Positions 12,191 to 26,790 of a stretch of 64,000 nt of DNA are shown here, piece after piece (position 1 is the first letter of the stretch; the number at the start of each line of letters is the position of its first letter). The notes beneath the pieces are model-generated. The model searched no databases and was not told where the DNA came from. It saw only the letters and a program-made list of their open reading frames with translations. The position numbers and the translations under genes were made by a program. Source of the stretch: Octopus vulgaris (taxonomy: Eukaryota); contig OX597818.1 in the NCBI GenBank assembly GCA_951406725.2, positions 107,446,001 through 107,510,000 on the forward strand, given 5' to 3'.

Positions 12191-13884
12191 TCGAGCGTCA
12201 TCATCATCCTCCTCCTCCTCCTCCTCCTCCTCCTCATCATCATCATCATGGCCCCTTTTTTGAAACTTGACTTCTTTGTTTGAATCTTCACAGACTGTAT
12301 TATTCTACTCTGAATAATACCATGAAAGGATATAACCTGAAATTAGGTGAGAATATGAAATTTTCATTTATTCATAAAAGACTTTCAGTTTGTAATCCAT
12401 TTGCCATAGACATGCAGTGTCTCTAACAAAACACATCTTTTCTGTAAGTACGTTAACTTATCTATAGTTTGATATGAAATATGCAGGGTTTCATTAATAT
12501 ACAAAGAGACTTCAAAGTCTAACACTGCAATAGATTTAAGCAAGAGGAAACCTCCGAAAGAAAATTTTTGAGAAAACATCTAGGAGCTAATATTTAAAAA
12601 GAAATTCTATACTAGAAATAAAATAAGAGGTACAAATACTCTGGTCATCCTTGTCATAAAACAGCATTTCACTAAAATAATTTGAAATTCAGTGAATGGA
12701 AGGACATGAGTAAGAAAACCAGAAAACCAGTCAGTGTGTTTAATGTAGTTTGGATAAGCCTAGGACTTGCCCGCAGAGTTAGAATGCCTTATATATAGAA
12801 TTATTTCAAAGTAAGGACTGGTTGATATTAAGAGCTTTGACTAATCCACTACATAACTAGGCTCCGAGAGAAGCACTCTCAGAAGAAAATCAACTTTGTT
12901 TTGTTGATAGAGAACCTCCTCATTTGTAAGATACAGATGATGAGAAACACCTGTAAAGAATGTTACTTGGGGAACTGACATGAAAGGTGAATAATAAAAA
13001 TGCACCAAAGCAACCTCAAAGGGAAGAAAATTAATAAAAATATAAAGATATTGAATAATGAAACGAGGATAAGAGAGTGAGACGAAACAGAAATATTTAG
13101 AAATTAATGACCTCTACAGAATACACCACAGCAGACAAAGGAAGAATGGTTAAGAAGATATATTATTGATGTATAAGATTAATACTTGAAACAGAGTTAA
13201 ATACCAAAAATAAGGTGATAGTCTACATTACTGTAGCCGTCTTCGTAATAAGTTACAGTAATAATATTTTCAACTAATACTAAATGAATTAGCATGTCTA
13301 GACAGGAAAACTAATGAGAACTAACGACGGCATTTAGAATACAACACCCAAAAGCTAACTCAAACAGATTACATTTTCTTCCTTAAATAGAATGAGTTAG
13401 CAGACTTCTGTGACTATTAAATTATCATGAAATTTATACTACAGGACTACAAAGATTACCTAGAAAAGAATAAAAGGATGTTCATAACAATAGCTACACA
13501 AACATGAACAATAAACAACAAAAAAAAAACTATTTCCATGTTTAAGTTATTTAACTTAAACCAGAAGCTGAGAAGATAGTTGTGGAAAAGAAGGAACAAC
13601 GACAACATGTATAAACAACAATATTAAATAAAGAGTTAAATTGCAAAATAATATTTTAAAATGTTATATAAACGAAATAGGGCAAAAGAGAAGTGAGTAA
13701 AGAAAAGATGCAGCATTCGTTGTGAAGCACTGGAATCAAAGCTGAAACCAAAATTTTGAGGACAAAACCAAAACATCACCATCAGAACCTACAAATGATT
13801 TATTATAATATTTAATTAGAAACAGAATACAAAATGTAATCACAGAATATATGGAAATTGATCGATTTTGCTGTTTGTCACATT

Positions 13885-14100
13885 ATCCTCATCATTTAAT
13901 GTCCAAATCCATGCTGGCATGGGTTGGATGGTTTGACAGGACCCAGTAAGCCAGTGAGCTACACTAAGCCTGGTTTCTACCATTAGATCCCTTTCCTAAT
14001 GCCAACCACTCTACAGAGTGTACTGGGTGCTTTTTACATGGCACCAGCACCAGTGCTTTATATGTGGCACTAGCAAAGGTACTTTTTATGTGGCATTGAA
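13885..14100 (-). mobile_element. RTE 3' UTR/SINE fragment with three GGTGCTTTTTAC..GGCAC subrepeats
   Basis: CATCATTTAATGTCC..CCATGCTGGCATGGGTTGGATGG matches other RTE tails in the window. Confidence 0.65.
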
Positions 14101-14604
14101 TTCAGCAGCGCCATCTGTTTTAAGCACTTTGTCAGCTGCCACAATACAAAACCTTGAAATGATGGTATTGTACTTTTTAAACAACAACAACAACCCATAT
14201 TTGGTACTTGCCTCTAAACATTGAAAAAAAAACCAAACAAATAACAACATGGGCTTTCCAACATCTTATTGCATAATTAAAAACTGCTTCGTTCACTGAC
14301 ACCCCTGAACTCAAACCCTGCCATTTGACTACATAAAATATTTCTAGCCCTTAATTCTCTGGAATTTTGTATGCTTAACCCCGGTTCCAGTGCTTAACCC
14401 CCAGTTCCTTGGTACAGTGAAAGCTGAAGTCATCCCTGGATAAAACACCAGTCTATCTCAGGTAAAATGTTCCTGAAATATCTGTTACCTACCCCTAATA
14501 TCTAGATGTTTCTTTGTGGTTGCATAAACTGCTAGAAATAGCAACCAAATATCCTTAAAATTTTTCTTTACTGTCTTCAAAAAGGAAACATCACAATATC
14601 TTTT

Positions 14605-14832
14605 ATCTTTTGCCTGTTTAAATCATTAGTCTGTAGCCATGCTGGAGCAATTGCTTTGAAGAATTTATGTTGAAGGAATCGAATCCCTGTACTTTTATTT
14701 TCCTAAGCTTGGTGTTTATTCTATTGGTCCCTTTTGTCAAACTGTTAAGTTACAGGGGATGTAAACACACCAACACACATTGTCAAGTAGTAGTGGGAGC
14801 ACACACACAGAAAGACAAACACATAAGCACAT

Positions 14833-14872
<40 letters not shown>

Positions 14873-14972
14873 ACACATGCACATGGATGTGCACACACAG
14901 CCCAGGTCTATAGTGGAAGACACTCACCCATGGTGCCATGCAAGAGAGGCTGAACCTGAAACCATGTGGCCA
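14605..14972 (-). mobile_element. SINE family A copy
   Basis: Similar to 31660-32085, with an internal (CA)n tract. Confidence 0.7.
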
Positions 14973-15132
14973 TAGATTCCTGCATTGATAACAATGGAAT
15001 CCAGTGTACTATTACAAAGAAGAGAGGATCACAGTTAGAATGACTTTGATAATTGCTCTGCTTAATTAGGGTTGACTAATGAAGCAGAGGTGGAATGTGG
15101 CAGATAAATTTAAATAAAATTTGCTATAGACA

Positions 15133-15520
15133 CAGGTGTCGCTGTGTGGTAAGAAGCTTGCTTCTGAACCACATGGTTCCAGGTTCAATCCCACTGCATG
15201 GCACCTTGGGCTGACCAAAGCCTTGTGAGTGGATTTGGTAGATGGAAATTAAGACAAACCTGTCGTATATGTGTGTGTGTTAGTGTGTGTGTGTATGTGT
15301 GGGTGTGTAAGTCTGTATGTGTGTTTCTTTGTGTTTTTCCCCACCATTGTTCAACAACCAGCATTAGCGTGTTTATGTCCTTGTGACTTTACAGTTCAGC
15401 AAAAGCAATCGATAGAAAAAATACCAGTCATCAAACAACTAAGTGTTGGGGTTGATTTGTTTGGCTAAAATTCTTCAAGGCAATGTTCCAGCATGACCGC
15501 AGTCTCATGTCTGAAACAAG
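15133..15520 (+). mobile_element. SINE family A, near full length
   Basis: tRNA-like head GCTGTGTGGTAAG..GGTTCAATCCC (A/B-box-like), internal (TG)n, 3' end CTGAAACAAG. Confidence 0.8.
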
Positions 15521-16597
15521 CTAATTTGCTCTTCCATAATATGTCTGATTAGTAAACTTTAAACAAGTCTACTCTCCTTTGTGCCCCCACAATATTTGTG
15601 GGAGGGATTAAAGGGTTAAAAATACATGGTTTTAAGGAAAAGCTATACTCAATTGAAACATCCCTCGATTCATCACATAATTAACCCCATTGTATCACAC
15701 TAATTGACCTCAGTAAGTCTTACTAATTAGCTTCAGTTAATCACCCTAATTAATCACTGTATATCACACTAATCATAATAATTAACCCCCAATGTATTAC
15801 CAAAAATTTTAAAGATAATATTAACATTAGCAACATTGAAATCAGAATGTAAAGAAATATGTTAAGCTCTCATTCCTCCACTCTTTTGCCATTCCATGAA
15901 AATAAACCAAATAAAATATTGATTACTTAAAAGCACACACAAAAGAGGAGTTTGACTGCGCATACGCATACACATAATGTAAGACTTCTATGCATACACA
16001 CACACACAAACACACATGCTCTCTATCTCTTTCTCTCTCTGTGAGTCTCTCTTTGTCTCTTTCTCTCCCTCTCTCTTTCTCTTTCTCTCTGTCTGTCTGT
16101 ATCTCTCTCTCTCTCTCTTGCATATTTATATACAAAACAGTTTGTTTTACAACATATATATTCATTTTGTCAATATTTCAGGTCTGCACAATTAATGAAA
16201 GTGTTTCTCTCTCTCTCTCTCTCTCTCTCTTTTCTCCCTCTCCTCTTTTCTCCCCTTCCACTGCTCCTTTCTTTCTCCCTTTCCATATTGCTCTCCCTCT
16301 CTCTCTCCTTAATTCTTCCCCCTTTGCACCAATCTCCTCCTTCACCTTTACTGACACACAACTGGTTTGCCAGAACAATCCACAGAAACTTGCCTGCTTC
16401 CCTAATTTGCTAAATATTAAAATCCATTTTGTATCATGTTTAACAAACCAGTTGTCACCATCCCTTTTATCCTATTCCATTGGTCAGCTGTAGTCCAACA
16501 CACCTTTACTTAAAAGCCTTTCATCCATGATCATCCAACTGTTTTGAGACATAGTGTATCTTGAGCTCCATTACCAAATGTCTACTTCCTTGATTAA

Positions 16598-16809
16598 CCC
16601 TTTAGTATTTAAACCAGCCATATCTGGCCAAAATAGTTAATCTGTTTTATGTTCAAACTGACCAGATCCAGGCTCTCACACCTACCCTACAATATTATTC
16701 TACATTAAGTAATTGCACCATCAAGATCTTGAAGATATGAGATAATTAATTCAAATCAATGGGAATCAATAAGCATTATGTTTGATAGAATAATCTGAAC
16801 ACTAAAGGG
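16598..16809. mobile_element. piggyBac-type MITE with TTAA target
   Basis: TTAA|CCCTTTAGTATTTA ... TGAACACTAAAGGG|TTAA. Confidence 0.8.
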
Positions 16810-17695
16810 TTAAAACTGAAAGGTGTGATCTGAGGCAGATTTGGTTGCTATTTCTAACAGATTGAGCAACAATTTAAAAACTGTACATTGACTCATAGTG
16901 GACTCATTTTCCAGTGCAATGATTAATTCTGCTAGATTTCTGTTAGTAAATGAATTCACGATAACATTAGCCAAGTAATTTATTACACTTGGAAAATAAA
17001 TTGACTGAACCAAATAGTGTTTAAAACTGAAAACTGATAAAGTAAATTGAAAAAAATATGAAAATTAAGAAAAAAAAAAGAAGAAAAATACAATTGGAAG
17101 AAAAGAAAGAAATATTAAAAAATATCAAATAAAAGTGAAAAATAAAAATGCTATTATTTCTCAGCTGAATTTAAGACAATGCAAAATCATATTTTAAAGG
17201 ACAAAAAACATGGTATGACGGTAGTGTATGATACAAGTAAATGATATTGTGGAGTAAATATCAAACTACTGTGAGAGAAAAAGGGAATATAAAGAAATAC
17301 AAAAAAAAATTAAAAAATATTCGGAGGCTGGATGGACAGGTTATGGGGAAACAAAAGTAGTAAGGGCTGATCTTAAAGAACTGATATTTGCAAGGAAAAC
17401 TAGCAAAAGGGTTGGGTGCAAAAATAAATAAATAAAAAGACCATGAAAATAAGAACGAAAAGAAAAGCCAACAAAAAAAGTACGAGAGTCTGTGAGACTG
17501 ACTCATACGACTGATGCAAGCTGTAGAAGAGAAGGAGAAGGAAGCAAAAATGGATGTGAAATCAATGAGGATGCATTATGGAGAGGATTGTTTTCAACTT
17601 TCTCTCTGTCCAGCCATCGGCATTTTTCCTTTTCCTTTGTGAAAACAACATGAAAATGGTTCCAAAATGTCTGCCTGACTAACACCCATACACAA

Positions 17696-17729
<34 letters not shown>

Positions 17730-17897
17730 GTATGTATAGATGTACAGATATGCGTGCATGTGCATGTATATGCATATGTATTATATATTATATTTCAATA
17801 TATGTATGTATGTATGTATATATATATATATATATATATATGCATACATATACATACATATATATATATATATATGTGTGTGTATATATATATATGC

Positions 17898-18001
<104 letters not shown>

Positions 18002-18704
18002 ATGCATATATGTACACTCACACACAGATAGATAGCTAGGTAGATAGATAGATTTGTGTAAACGTTACTCATTCATAAATTTCTATCACACTTTTCTATG
18101 TGTGTATGGGCATGCATGTGTATCAGTGTGTAAATAAGTATATTTTCACATGTTGCACATATGTGCTTAGGTATGAGAATGTGTGTGTTAGTCACACGCA
18201 TTACATATACGTATTGATAAACTGAGGCGTATATGTATATGTTTCTGTGCATTTATGGATATAAACTGGCTGATTCAAACCCATCAAGCCATTTGAATTG
18301 CCAACTAATAAATAATTTACACAATTATCAACTGGAAACTAAATTGACTAATTAAATAAATAAATGCTCAGGTATTTAAAAATAAATACTAACAAAGATA
18401 TAACGAGAAACATTTTAATTATAGCAATACTGCGACACACGATTTAAGAGTCTAGAATAATATATTACTACATTGCATCCGAACAGAGTCTACGATATCT
18501 CATAACATGACCACCATCGCTGATGCACTGGAAGTAGCAGTCAGCAGCTTAAAAAGCAAGGTCCACATTGAATAACAGAGCCCCAAATATACAATAACTG
18601 TGAAAAATATATACCCTGATATCAATAGCTGGAATGCTTTTGATCATGTCTTCCCTATCAAGGCTGACCTGGGACTAAACATCACCTTTCCTTATGCTCT
18701 AGCA

Positions 18705-18964
18705 TAGGGGTACTCAACCATTTCTTACCTGTGGGCCCTTTTCATTCTTATTTTACTCTATTGGACCCCCATCAACATTCATCTTTTAAAAATATCCTAT
18801 TATTATATTTTCATAATTAAATATTATTAGAAATTATCTTAAAATATTGTTTAAACATTTTGTGTATCATAGAAGTATAAACAATTTATTGTATATAAAT
18901 TCTAACAACAAAATCTTCTAGGGACCTTGAAAGGGTCATAATGGATCTTGGTTGAAAACCATTA
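18705..18964. mobile_element. hAT (Charlie-like) MITE
   Basis: Ends TAGGGGTACTCAACC and GGTTGAAAACCATTA; 8-bp flanks CTCTAGCA and TTCTAGCC match 6/8 with a TCTAG core. Confidence 0.65.
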
Positions 18965-18970
18965 TTCTAG

Positions 18971-19123
18971 CCCAATATCATAAGTAACCCAATGTCATAG
19001 GTAACCCATGTCATAAGCAACAATGTTATAAGTAACACCTAGCACAATGTCATAAGTAATCCATGTCATAAGCAACAATGTTATAAGTAACCCATGTCAT
19101 AAGCAACAATGTCATAAGTAACC
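18971..19123. repeat. Degenerate ~16-18-bp minisatellite (CAATGTCATAAGTAAC variants)
   Basis: About 9 imperfect copies of ATGTCATAAG(T/C)AAC. Confidence 0.8.
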
Positions 19124-21440
19124 TGTACGTGAGTGCAGCTCTGTTGGTTTGACTGTACTTGCAGTTCAAAAATCCTCGCCTTTGGATCAAAGATACACAG
19201 TCACTTGTAGCGACTATTTATCCCACAGACAGTTATACTCTTAATACAATACTCAGAAGAGTCTGTGTTGCACAGTGCATGACAAGGCTACGATCTTTGA
19301 ATTGCAAGTAGAGTCTAGCCAACAAAGCTTCTGTCTAGTTTCAATCAACCCAATGGGAACTGGATAGACTCTGATTGATCTAAAGCTATGACCAGGATGT
19401 TATAAAGTGCAACTAAAATCAAGCCCTATGGTGGTGAAACAAAATTCTTAACCATTTGGCCAAGTGTACACCAGTTTACTTCCAACTCTAGCACAATTTA
19501 CCCCATTTCATTGGAGCATAGCCAACTGCAGTACACTACTCCAAATTCCAGCACATTATACTTCAATGCCACACAGCACAATGAATATTAGTTCTAGTGC
19601 AATATATCTCACCAGACCACAACATACAACACCACACAGCCCTATGGTACCCTCACAGCTTTGCAGTACCTCACACTAGTTTTTTTTACTTGAGCCAAAA
19701 ATCACAGTATAAACAATACTTTTCACTGTATTACATTAAAATTTTACTAACTCAAGCTAATGGCAGTGCCTCTAATTGGACGTTCAACCAGCTAGAAATA
19801 GCAGTCCAATTTGTCTTTATTATTACATTAGATTATGTAGTCCTTGATGTAAAGATAACAGATTGCCACGGCTGTTAATTGGCTCAATAAGAGCTGACCA
19901 AAGATCAAACAATAAAGTAAAGTAGTCTCACAATAAACAAGACTACACTCTACAATGCTACCACTACTTTATAGATGATGGGGGTTTCAATTCACTGACT
20001 GTATTATTTCAGTGTGTGTGTGTGTGTGTGTGTGTGTAAATGTTGGCATTATTGTGTCCCAGATGGAACACATCTCTCATCTTTTAAATCTCATTAATCC
20101 TAAGTTGAGTCCTGGTCATTAAAGAGCCTGAGGTACTACCAAAGGTCTATACGTATAATTATATGTATATCAAGTTAAGAATATTGTCCTCCACTGGCAT
20201 TGCTATGCTATCAGAGTGAGATTTTGTTTACTGGAGATGGAGACTGATGGCTATTTGTAAGAAAAGACACAAAACTGACCAGCTCAAAGTCAGGGCCTAT
20301 TAGAATTAATCTGCTGACCAGTAGTGGAAGGGGAATCTTTATTGCTATTTTCTTCTGATTTCATTGATATCACAAAGGAATGGTGGATGTAGAATTAATT
20401 TCATTATTAAGTTTAACCTCCTCTCTCTCTCTCTCTCCCTCTCCCTCTTTCTCTCTTTCTCTCACAATTCCGAGTTCAATTCCAAAATGATTTTGATTTT
20501 GCCATTTATCCCTGTGGGAATAGGTTATTAATATAAGCGTGAGAAATGCACTCAAGGTCAATTTAATTGACTGTGCTCTTCATCTCTAACAGTTGGCTTT
20601 TGCCCAACTAAGAAATAATTATAAGAACGGTGTCACTTACCACCTACTCCACTACTGGAATCTGAGATGGATTTCTCTGGAACTCCACCCTTAACCCTAA
20701 AGCCATTGACGAACCCTGAATGTCATTAAGTTTCAGTTATTATAACATTTGAGATATCAGAAACACAAGTCTCTGCAAGCAGCAAAATGTCTGCTGTGAG
20801 AGGAGAAGAAAACATACTGCATGGCTCAGCATCCTGCCTTACCTCATCCCATCACATCCTGCCTTAAACTACATCATCACTTCACCTCATCACACTTGCT
20901 CCATGTCACAACTCATTTCAACAAAAATTAATTTGAAAATAAGGAAATTAATTTCTGTCTTTTTTTTTTCTCCCATCAACATTCAATTTTGACATTGTGG
21001 TCTCATTTCATTTCTCTTGTGATGATTATAATGATGATAAGGATGATAATAACAATGTTAATAATGATGACGACGACGACGACAATGACAACAGCAATAA
21101 TGATGATTCAATGCTCTGCAACCAGTTGCCTTGTTCTTTGACAGTGCAGAACTTATATCTATTTAACCAGCCTGGCAAGAGATAATGTTGGTAGAATACA
21201 ACAATTGGTTGCTGGAGTAATTTAAGCGAAGCAAATCTGAGTGAGTCATTGTGATAGTGTTGATGTTCTACTGCTACCATGGCAACCAATGTTATTTCTT
21301 TTTTTAAGTATAAGTTTGAAAGCTGAGTCAATGGAGACGAGTTCCAACTAAATGAAATCTCCAACCGGTTTAAATGCCCAAATCTCTGATATCCAAGTGG
21401 ATAAAAAGTGTCAGCAAACAGGCACCCAGGTGTCATAACC

Positions 21441-21855
21441 TCCATGTGGCCGATGATATGTGCATATCTGATCACGAGCAGAAGTAGTGGGGGGAGCATC
21501 ATAACCATGTGTTGAGAGGGATTATTGGAGGTTTGGATAATTTACCTCTGGAAACATGGGTGGTTCGTTCAACATCCTTAAACAATCCTTATTCAGGGAC
21601 CTTTTGAGCAGGATGGGTTACTCGACCAGAAGAGAATTCTAACTGGGCCCCACCTGCAAGGTCATGTGCTGTTTATCTTGATATGAGATCACCATGTCGC
21701 ACACATATGGTTGTGATGCATGTGCCTGGTGTACCCTTATCAGACGGGTAGTCGTGATGGGTATACTGGGCTTCGTATATTTTACCCAAGTGTCACTTTG
21801 ATGGCATGCACTGCTCTCTCAATAATAATTTGATTGCTCACTCAATAATAATAAT
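21441..21855 (+). mobile_element. Short non-coding interspersed repeat ending in (AAT)n
   Basis: 21610-21820 is the reverse complement of ~11200-11416 with few differences; both copies abut (AAT)n. Confidence 0.7.
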
Positions 21856-21859
21856 AAGT

Positions 21860-22765
21860 ACATGAAACAAATAGGGGCTGCATAAGTTACAGCTACAATA
21901 TCCTTAACTGGACACTAAATAAACTAATCAAAATAGACAGGAAAACAAGAAAAATAATGACAGGATTTAGGATGCACCACCCAAAATCTGACATAGAAAG
22001 GTTATATATACAACGTATCAAAGGTGGTAGGGGCATTATACAGCTGGAAAACTATTACCTGATAATCACCATAGGACTACAAAAATACTTACTTCAGAAG
22101 CAAGGAAAACTAATACAAATAGCTACAAAACACAAACAGAACAAAAAGCAGTTTTCAGTCTTTAAGGAAACTGACGAATACAAACAAGAAATGATACTAC
22201 CTAACTATGAAGGAAAAGAAAAAACAACAAAAGCTATAAAACAACTGAAATCCAAACTAAAACTAGAACAGCAACGGATCATGATAAAATGATGACAAGA
22301 AAAGCCCCTTCATGGCAAATACAGGTTTAAACTAAAGAAATAGACAAGGTAAAATCCCAGCAATGGCTGAAAAGCTCAGGACTCAAAGCAGAGACTGAAG
22401 GATTTTTAATTGCAGCACAATATCTGTTGGTATTGATGTATCAATACCGACAGATGACAATATTTCTCTAAAAGAAATGGGGAAACTATCAAAAAACAAA
22501 GACCTGTGGAATCTAAAAACAGAAGCAATTCCTATCATAGTGGATGCATTAGGTATGATAAAAAAAACATTCAGACAAATACATAACAAAATCACCAGGA
22601 CTTACAAATATATATAACATACAGAAAATAACACTACTAGGCACTGCACACGTTTACAACAGTGAAAATAAGAGCATCACAGCAAACCACAGTACTTACC
22701 CAAGGCACACAGAGCAGTGCTCGGTAGTGCAGTTAAAGGACATGATAAAATAAAGACTACTGAAT
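21860..22765 (+). pseudogene. 5'-truncated, internally deleted R4/Dong-like RLE-type non-LTR retrotransposon
   Basis: Motifs MHHPKSDIERLYIQRIKGGRGIIQLE, EKPLHGKY, WLKSSGLKAETEGFLIAAQ, then IDVSIPTDDNISLKE..KLSK.KDL and IQKITLLGTAH (RLE region). The zinc-knuckle/PD segment is missing and the 3' end runs into (TAA)n. Confidence 0.75.
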
Positions 22766-22990
22766 AATAATAATAATGATAATAATAATAATAATGATAA
22801 CGATAATGGTTTTCGATTTTGACACAAGGCCAGCAATTTCAGAGGAGCAGGAAAGTAATTTATAGTTGATTACATCAACCCTAATTGCTCAACTTGTGAG
22901 GATGAAAAGCAAAGTCGACCTCAGCAGAATTTGAACTCAGAGTCTAAAGACAAATGTGTTATGATTCTGCCAGTTCTCTGCCTGCATACT

Positions 22991-23110
<120 letters not shown>

Positions 23111-23625
23111 ATTACTTTCATCATCATCATTATTACTACTATTACTACTACTACAATTGCCACCATGGCTGCTGCTGTTGTTGTTGTTGTTGTTGTCTAT
23201 TTTGTTATTAAATGAGAAGTTGCTTTATAAAGATTATTAAAGTGCCTCTCTAAACATATTTCCTTCCTCTCTCTGACGATGCTAAAAGAAGATCAAAGGG
23301 AGTTACAGCCATTGACACCTCCAAATTACAGCTGATCCTCTACTTTGTTTCCAGCAAAGATCCATTGTAAAAATCAGAAAAATTAAATTTTCATTTGTTC
23401 AATATGATTTTCTTAGTCTGGTCTTCATATATTCATTGCTTTCATTTTTTTTTTTGTCCTTTTTCATTTCTTATATCGCTGCCAGGTTGTATGGAACCAA
23501 AACCTATTTCAGATTGGAATTTTCAGTTCCAAGTGGTTTTTCATATGTTGTTTCATATCTAATATGCTTATCTCAAATCCATATGCATATCTTGTGGTGG
23601 TCTACTGTCTGTGCTTTAACATCAC

Positions 23626-23656
<31 letters not shown>

Positions 23657-23934
23657 GTTATTATTGCTATTGTTTCCTCATCTTCATTCCACTTTTTTGC
23701 ATCGTTATACATTTTATTTCTTATTTTCTTTTTTGCTTCATCTTTAGTTCTCTTGTATTCATTAAGAAACAATTTCTTAACATGTTCCATTGAAGATCAT
23801 AATGTCGTTTTACCCTCCATTCTGCCCAAATTCCAAGACCAACTTTCTTCAACACTTCACTCAACAATCCAATTTTTAAAAAAATTTTCCCTCTGTCTCT
23901 GTCTCTCTCTCATTCTCTCTGTGCATGTATGTAC

Positions 23935-23996
<62 letters not shown>

Positions 23997-24068
23997 CATA
24001 TATATATACATATATACATATATATGTATACATACATATATACATATATATGTATACATACATGTGTG

Positions 24069-24136
<68 letters not shown>

Positions 24137-24150
24137 TACATATATATGTA

Positions 24151-24210
<60 letters not shown>

Positions 24211-24255
24211 TATATATATGAATATATTTATATATATATATATCTATATATATGC

Positions 24256-24300
<45 letters not shown>

Positions 24301-24336
24301 ATTTATATATACATCTTATATATATATATATATATA
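23935..24336. repeat. Compound (TA)n/(TACA)n microsatellite; similar tracts at ~8040-9020, 17690-18050, 36350-36765, 49440-49595, 57420-57770
   Basis: Direct inspection; these tracts produce the IYIY-type ORFs. Confidence 0.95.
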
Positions 24337-24904
24337 AGCACACATGTTTACATACATATAATGTGTGTGTGTGTGTGTGTAATGCCCATGATACATTATT
24401 ATCTTAAGGCAAAATAAGTAAATACATAGAAAAACTTAAGAGATAAGTTTCTGATGCACTCCTTAAATATACATTTTCTCACCTGCTACCAGCGACTTTT
24501 AAAGAGTAATGAGGCAAAATAATAATAATAATGATGATGATAATGATGATGATGATGATGAGGAGGAGGAGGATGCGAATAAACAATAGTAATAGAGGAA
24601 TAAGAATACAAGTGTTACAAGTAGCATCATTCTTCATATTCTATTTCATTATTGTCTATTCAGCACACACACACACACACACATACTCTCTCACACACAC
24701 ACATGCACACATAGACTGGCAAGGACATGTAGATACACACATGCACACAAGTGTACAGATGCATTCACTCCTTCGTCCTTTTTTTTCTTTTAAGCTGCTT
24801 CAACAATTTTAATGAGCAGCATCTCTTCATTTCAACTCGACAGTCTTTTTGCTACTTTGGCTTTCAGAAAGGAATCAAACCAGACGCAGAACTTCAAAAC
24901 AACA

Positions 24905-24943
<39 letters not shown>

Positions 24944-25402
24944 AACATGTACACACACATATATATATGTCAAAGTAATATATATATATATTCATATATA
25001 ACACAACATAATGTATATGTATATTATATATTCATACATAATATATGTATTCGTAGGTAATAGAACTTACTATAATATATACATGATATATTTATATATA
25101 ATGTGTTGGTGCCACATAAAAAGCACCCATACTGGTGCCACCTTGTGAAGTGGTTGGCATTAGGAAGATAGATCCACTGCATTCTGTGAAGTGGTTGGTA
25201 AAGAGCATCCAAATGTAGAAGCAATGTCCAAAATTGAAAAACTGAACAAAGGTGTGGTCTACCCTCGGGATCCAGCATATGTCAGTATGGACAGGAGATG
25301 AAACATTCATAATGATATTTATATCTGTACTCATGCACACACACACACACATGTATATACAAATACAGCCCACATAAACATACATATATATACATAAATG
25401 TG

Positions 25403-25460
<58 letters not shown>

Positions 25461-25512
25461 GAAGGTTGTAAAGTGGCAGCATATTAAAATACCTTTAAAG
25501 GTTAAAATTATA

Positions 25513-25831
25513 AACAACTTATAAACAAGGGCAAAAGAAAAACTATTTCCATGCCAATATGCTAAGAACAGACTTTTAAATCGTCAATTTCCACATATCA
25601 TTATACACTCACTATAAATACATGTTGTGCTGAAATCAGGACGGCTTGCTGATAGTATTTTAAAAAGAAGTTCGTTATTTCTATATTGAATCAATTTCGG
25701 GATTAATCTCATAATAGATTTTTTTCTCTATAGTGAGTGTATAATGAAATGTGGAAATTGACGATTTAAAGTCTGTTATCAGCATATTGGCATGGAAATA
25801 ATTTTTCTTTTGCCCTTGTTTATAAGTTGTT
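25513..25831. mobile_element. Inverted-repeat element (~103-bp arms) between TA tracts, with a degenerate hammerhead-like motif in each arm
   Basis: 25513-25616 is the reverse complement of 25729-25831; each arm reads GGAAA-TTGACGA..GAAA-TA(G/A)-TT-TTTC outward. Confidence 0.65.
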
Positions 25832-26089
25832 CATATATATATATATCAAAAATGTATGTGTGTGTGTTTGTGTATATATAAACTAACATATATAGACATA
25901 CAACATCATAATGATGGATTTTATGACCCTTGTTTTCTATACTGGCCAAGTTAGTTTGAAAATTAGTAACAAATTTTCTATGGGCAGAAGTTCTCCCTGT
26001 TGCTATGTCCATTTACTTTTCAAGAAATCTATTTTTAATTCTCCTGACATTCACATCATCATCATTATCATCATCACACATGTGTAGCA

Positions 26090-26790
26090 TTTGTTTATTG
26101 GAGTAAAGTGGAGATTTGGGAGCAGAGTATTTAAGATGGAAGTTATTGAACATAGATATGCATCTGTTAAATAAGACACAAATTCTATAAATATGTTGCC
26201 ATATTGTGGAAGAACAATCTTGTAATCTTTTGGCTAAGAAATGTTGCAAGAAAAATAAAGCCAATTAATTCAGAAGTTACGATCAAAGATCTCTGCAAAA
26301 AGGAAGATGAGTTTAAGTCGTTGATAATATGGCCTGATGAAAGCAAATTCTACCAAATTTTCATTTTCAATGTAAACATATGTTGTGCAATAAAACTAAA
26401 AGATGGGAACCAGATTGTTTGCAGAGAGAAGCTAAGCATTGAGTTGCTGTGGTAGTTGTATGAGGGTAGTTTGAGGCATCAACAGGTCAGAGCTTGTTCT
26501 CATAGAAAATCATTAAAATAGCCAAGAATACAATAAAAATACTAGACAGGTATCTATTAACCATATATTTCAATGTAGGAGTTTGGCGAAAGACCCACAG
26601 GATCAAATTTCTGAAATGATTGTTCTAAGTTTCAATCTTAATCCAACAAAACATGGATGGGAACATCTTGATTGGAAATAGTAAGCAAGATTGTCTAAAA
26701 ATTTCTTCAGTTACACAGTTCAAAGATTAAATACCAATTTGATGAAATGACAGAAGGATTCATGTTAATTCATTCTTTGGCCAAGAATTC
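26090..26790 (+). pseudogene. Degraded Tc1-family transposase
   Basis: IIWPDESKF (WSDESKF) in ORF 26204-26455; SFNLNPTKHGWEHLD (SPDLNPIEH.W) near 26628. Confidence 0.65.

Noticed and set aside
15133-15200. tRNA genes at SINE heads (also ~47690-47762, 10390-10461)
   Set aside because: A/B-box-like motifs run into SINE bodies and no full cloverleaf can be drawn.
23290-23300. TCF/LEF-type site AGATCAAAGGG (similar AGATCAAAG near 35492)
   Set aside because: Short motifs expected by chance; no conservation or chromatin data available.
23564-24343. Long IYIY, CVCV and HTHT ORFs here and at 7879-9109, 17732-18072, 36328-36869, 45806-46912, 57367-57876
   Set aside because: Translations of microsatellites that lack stop codons.
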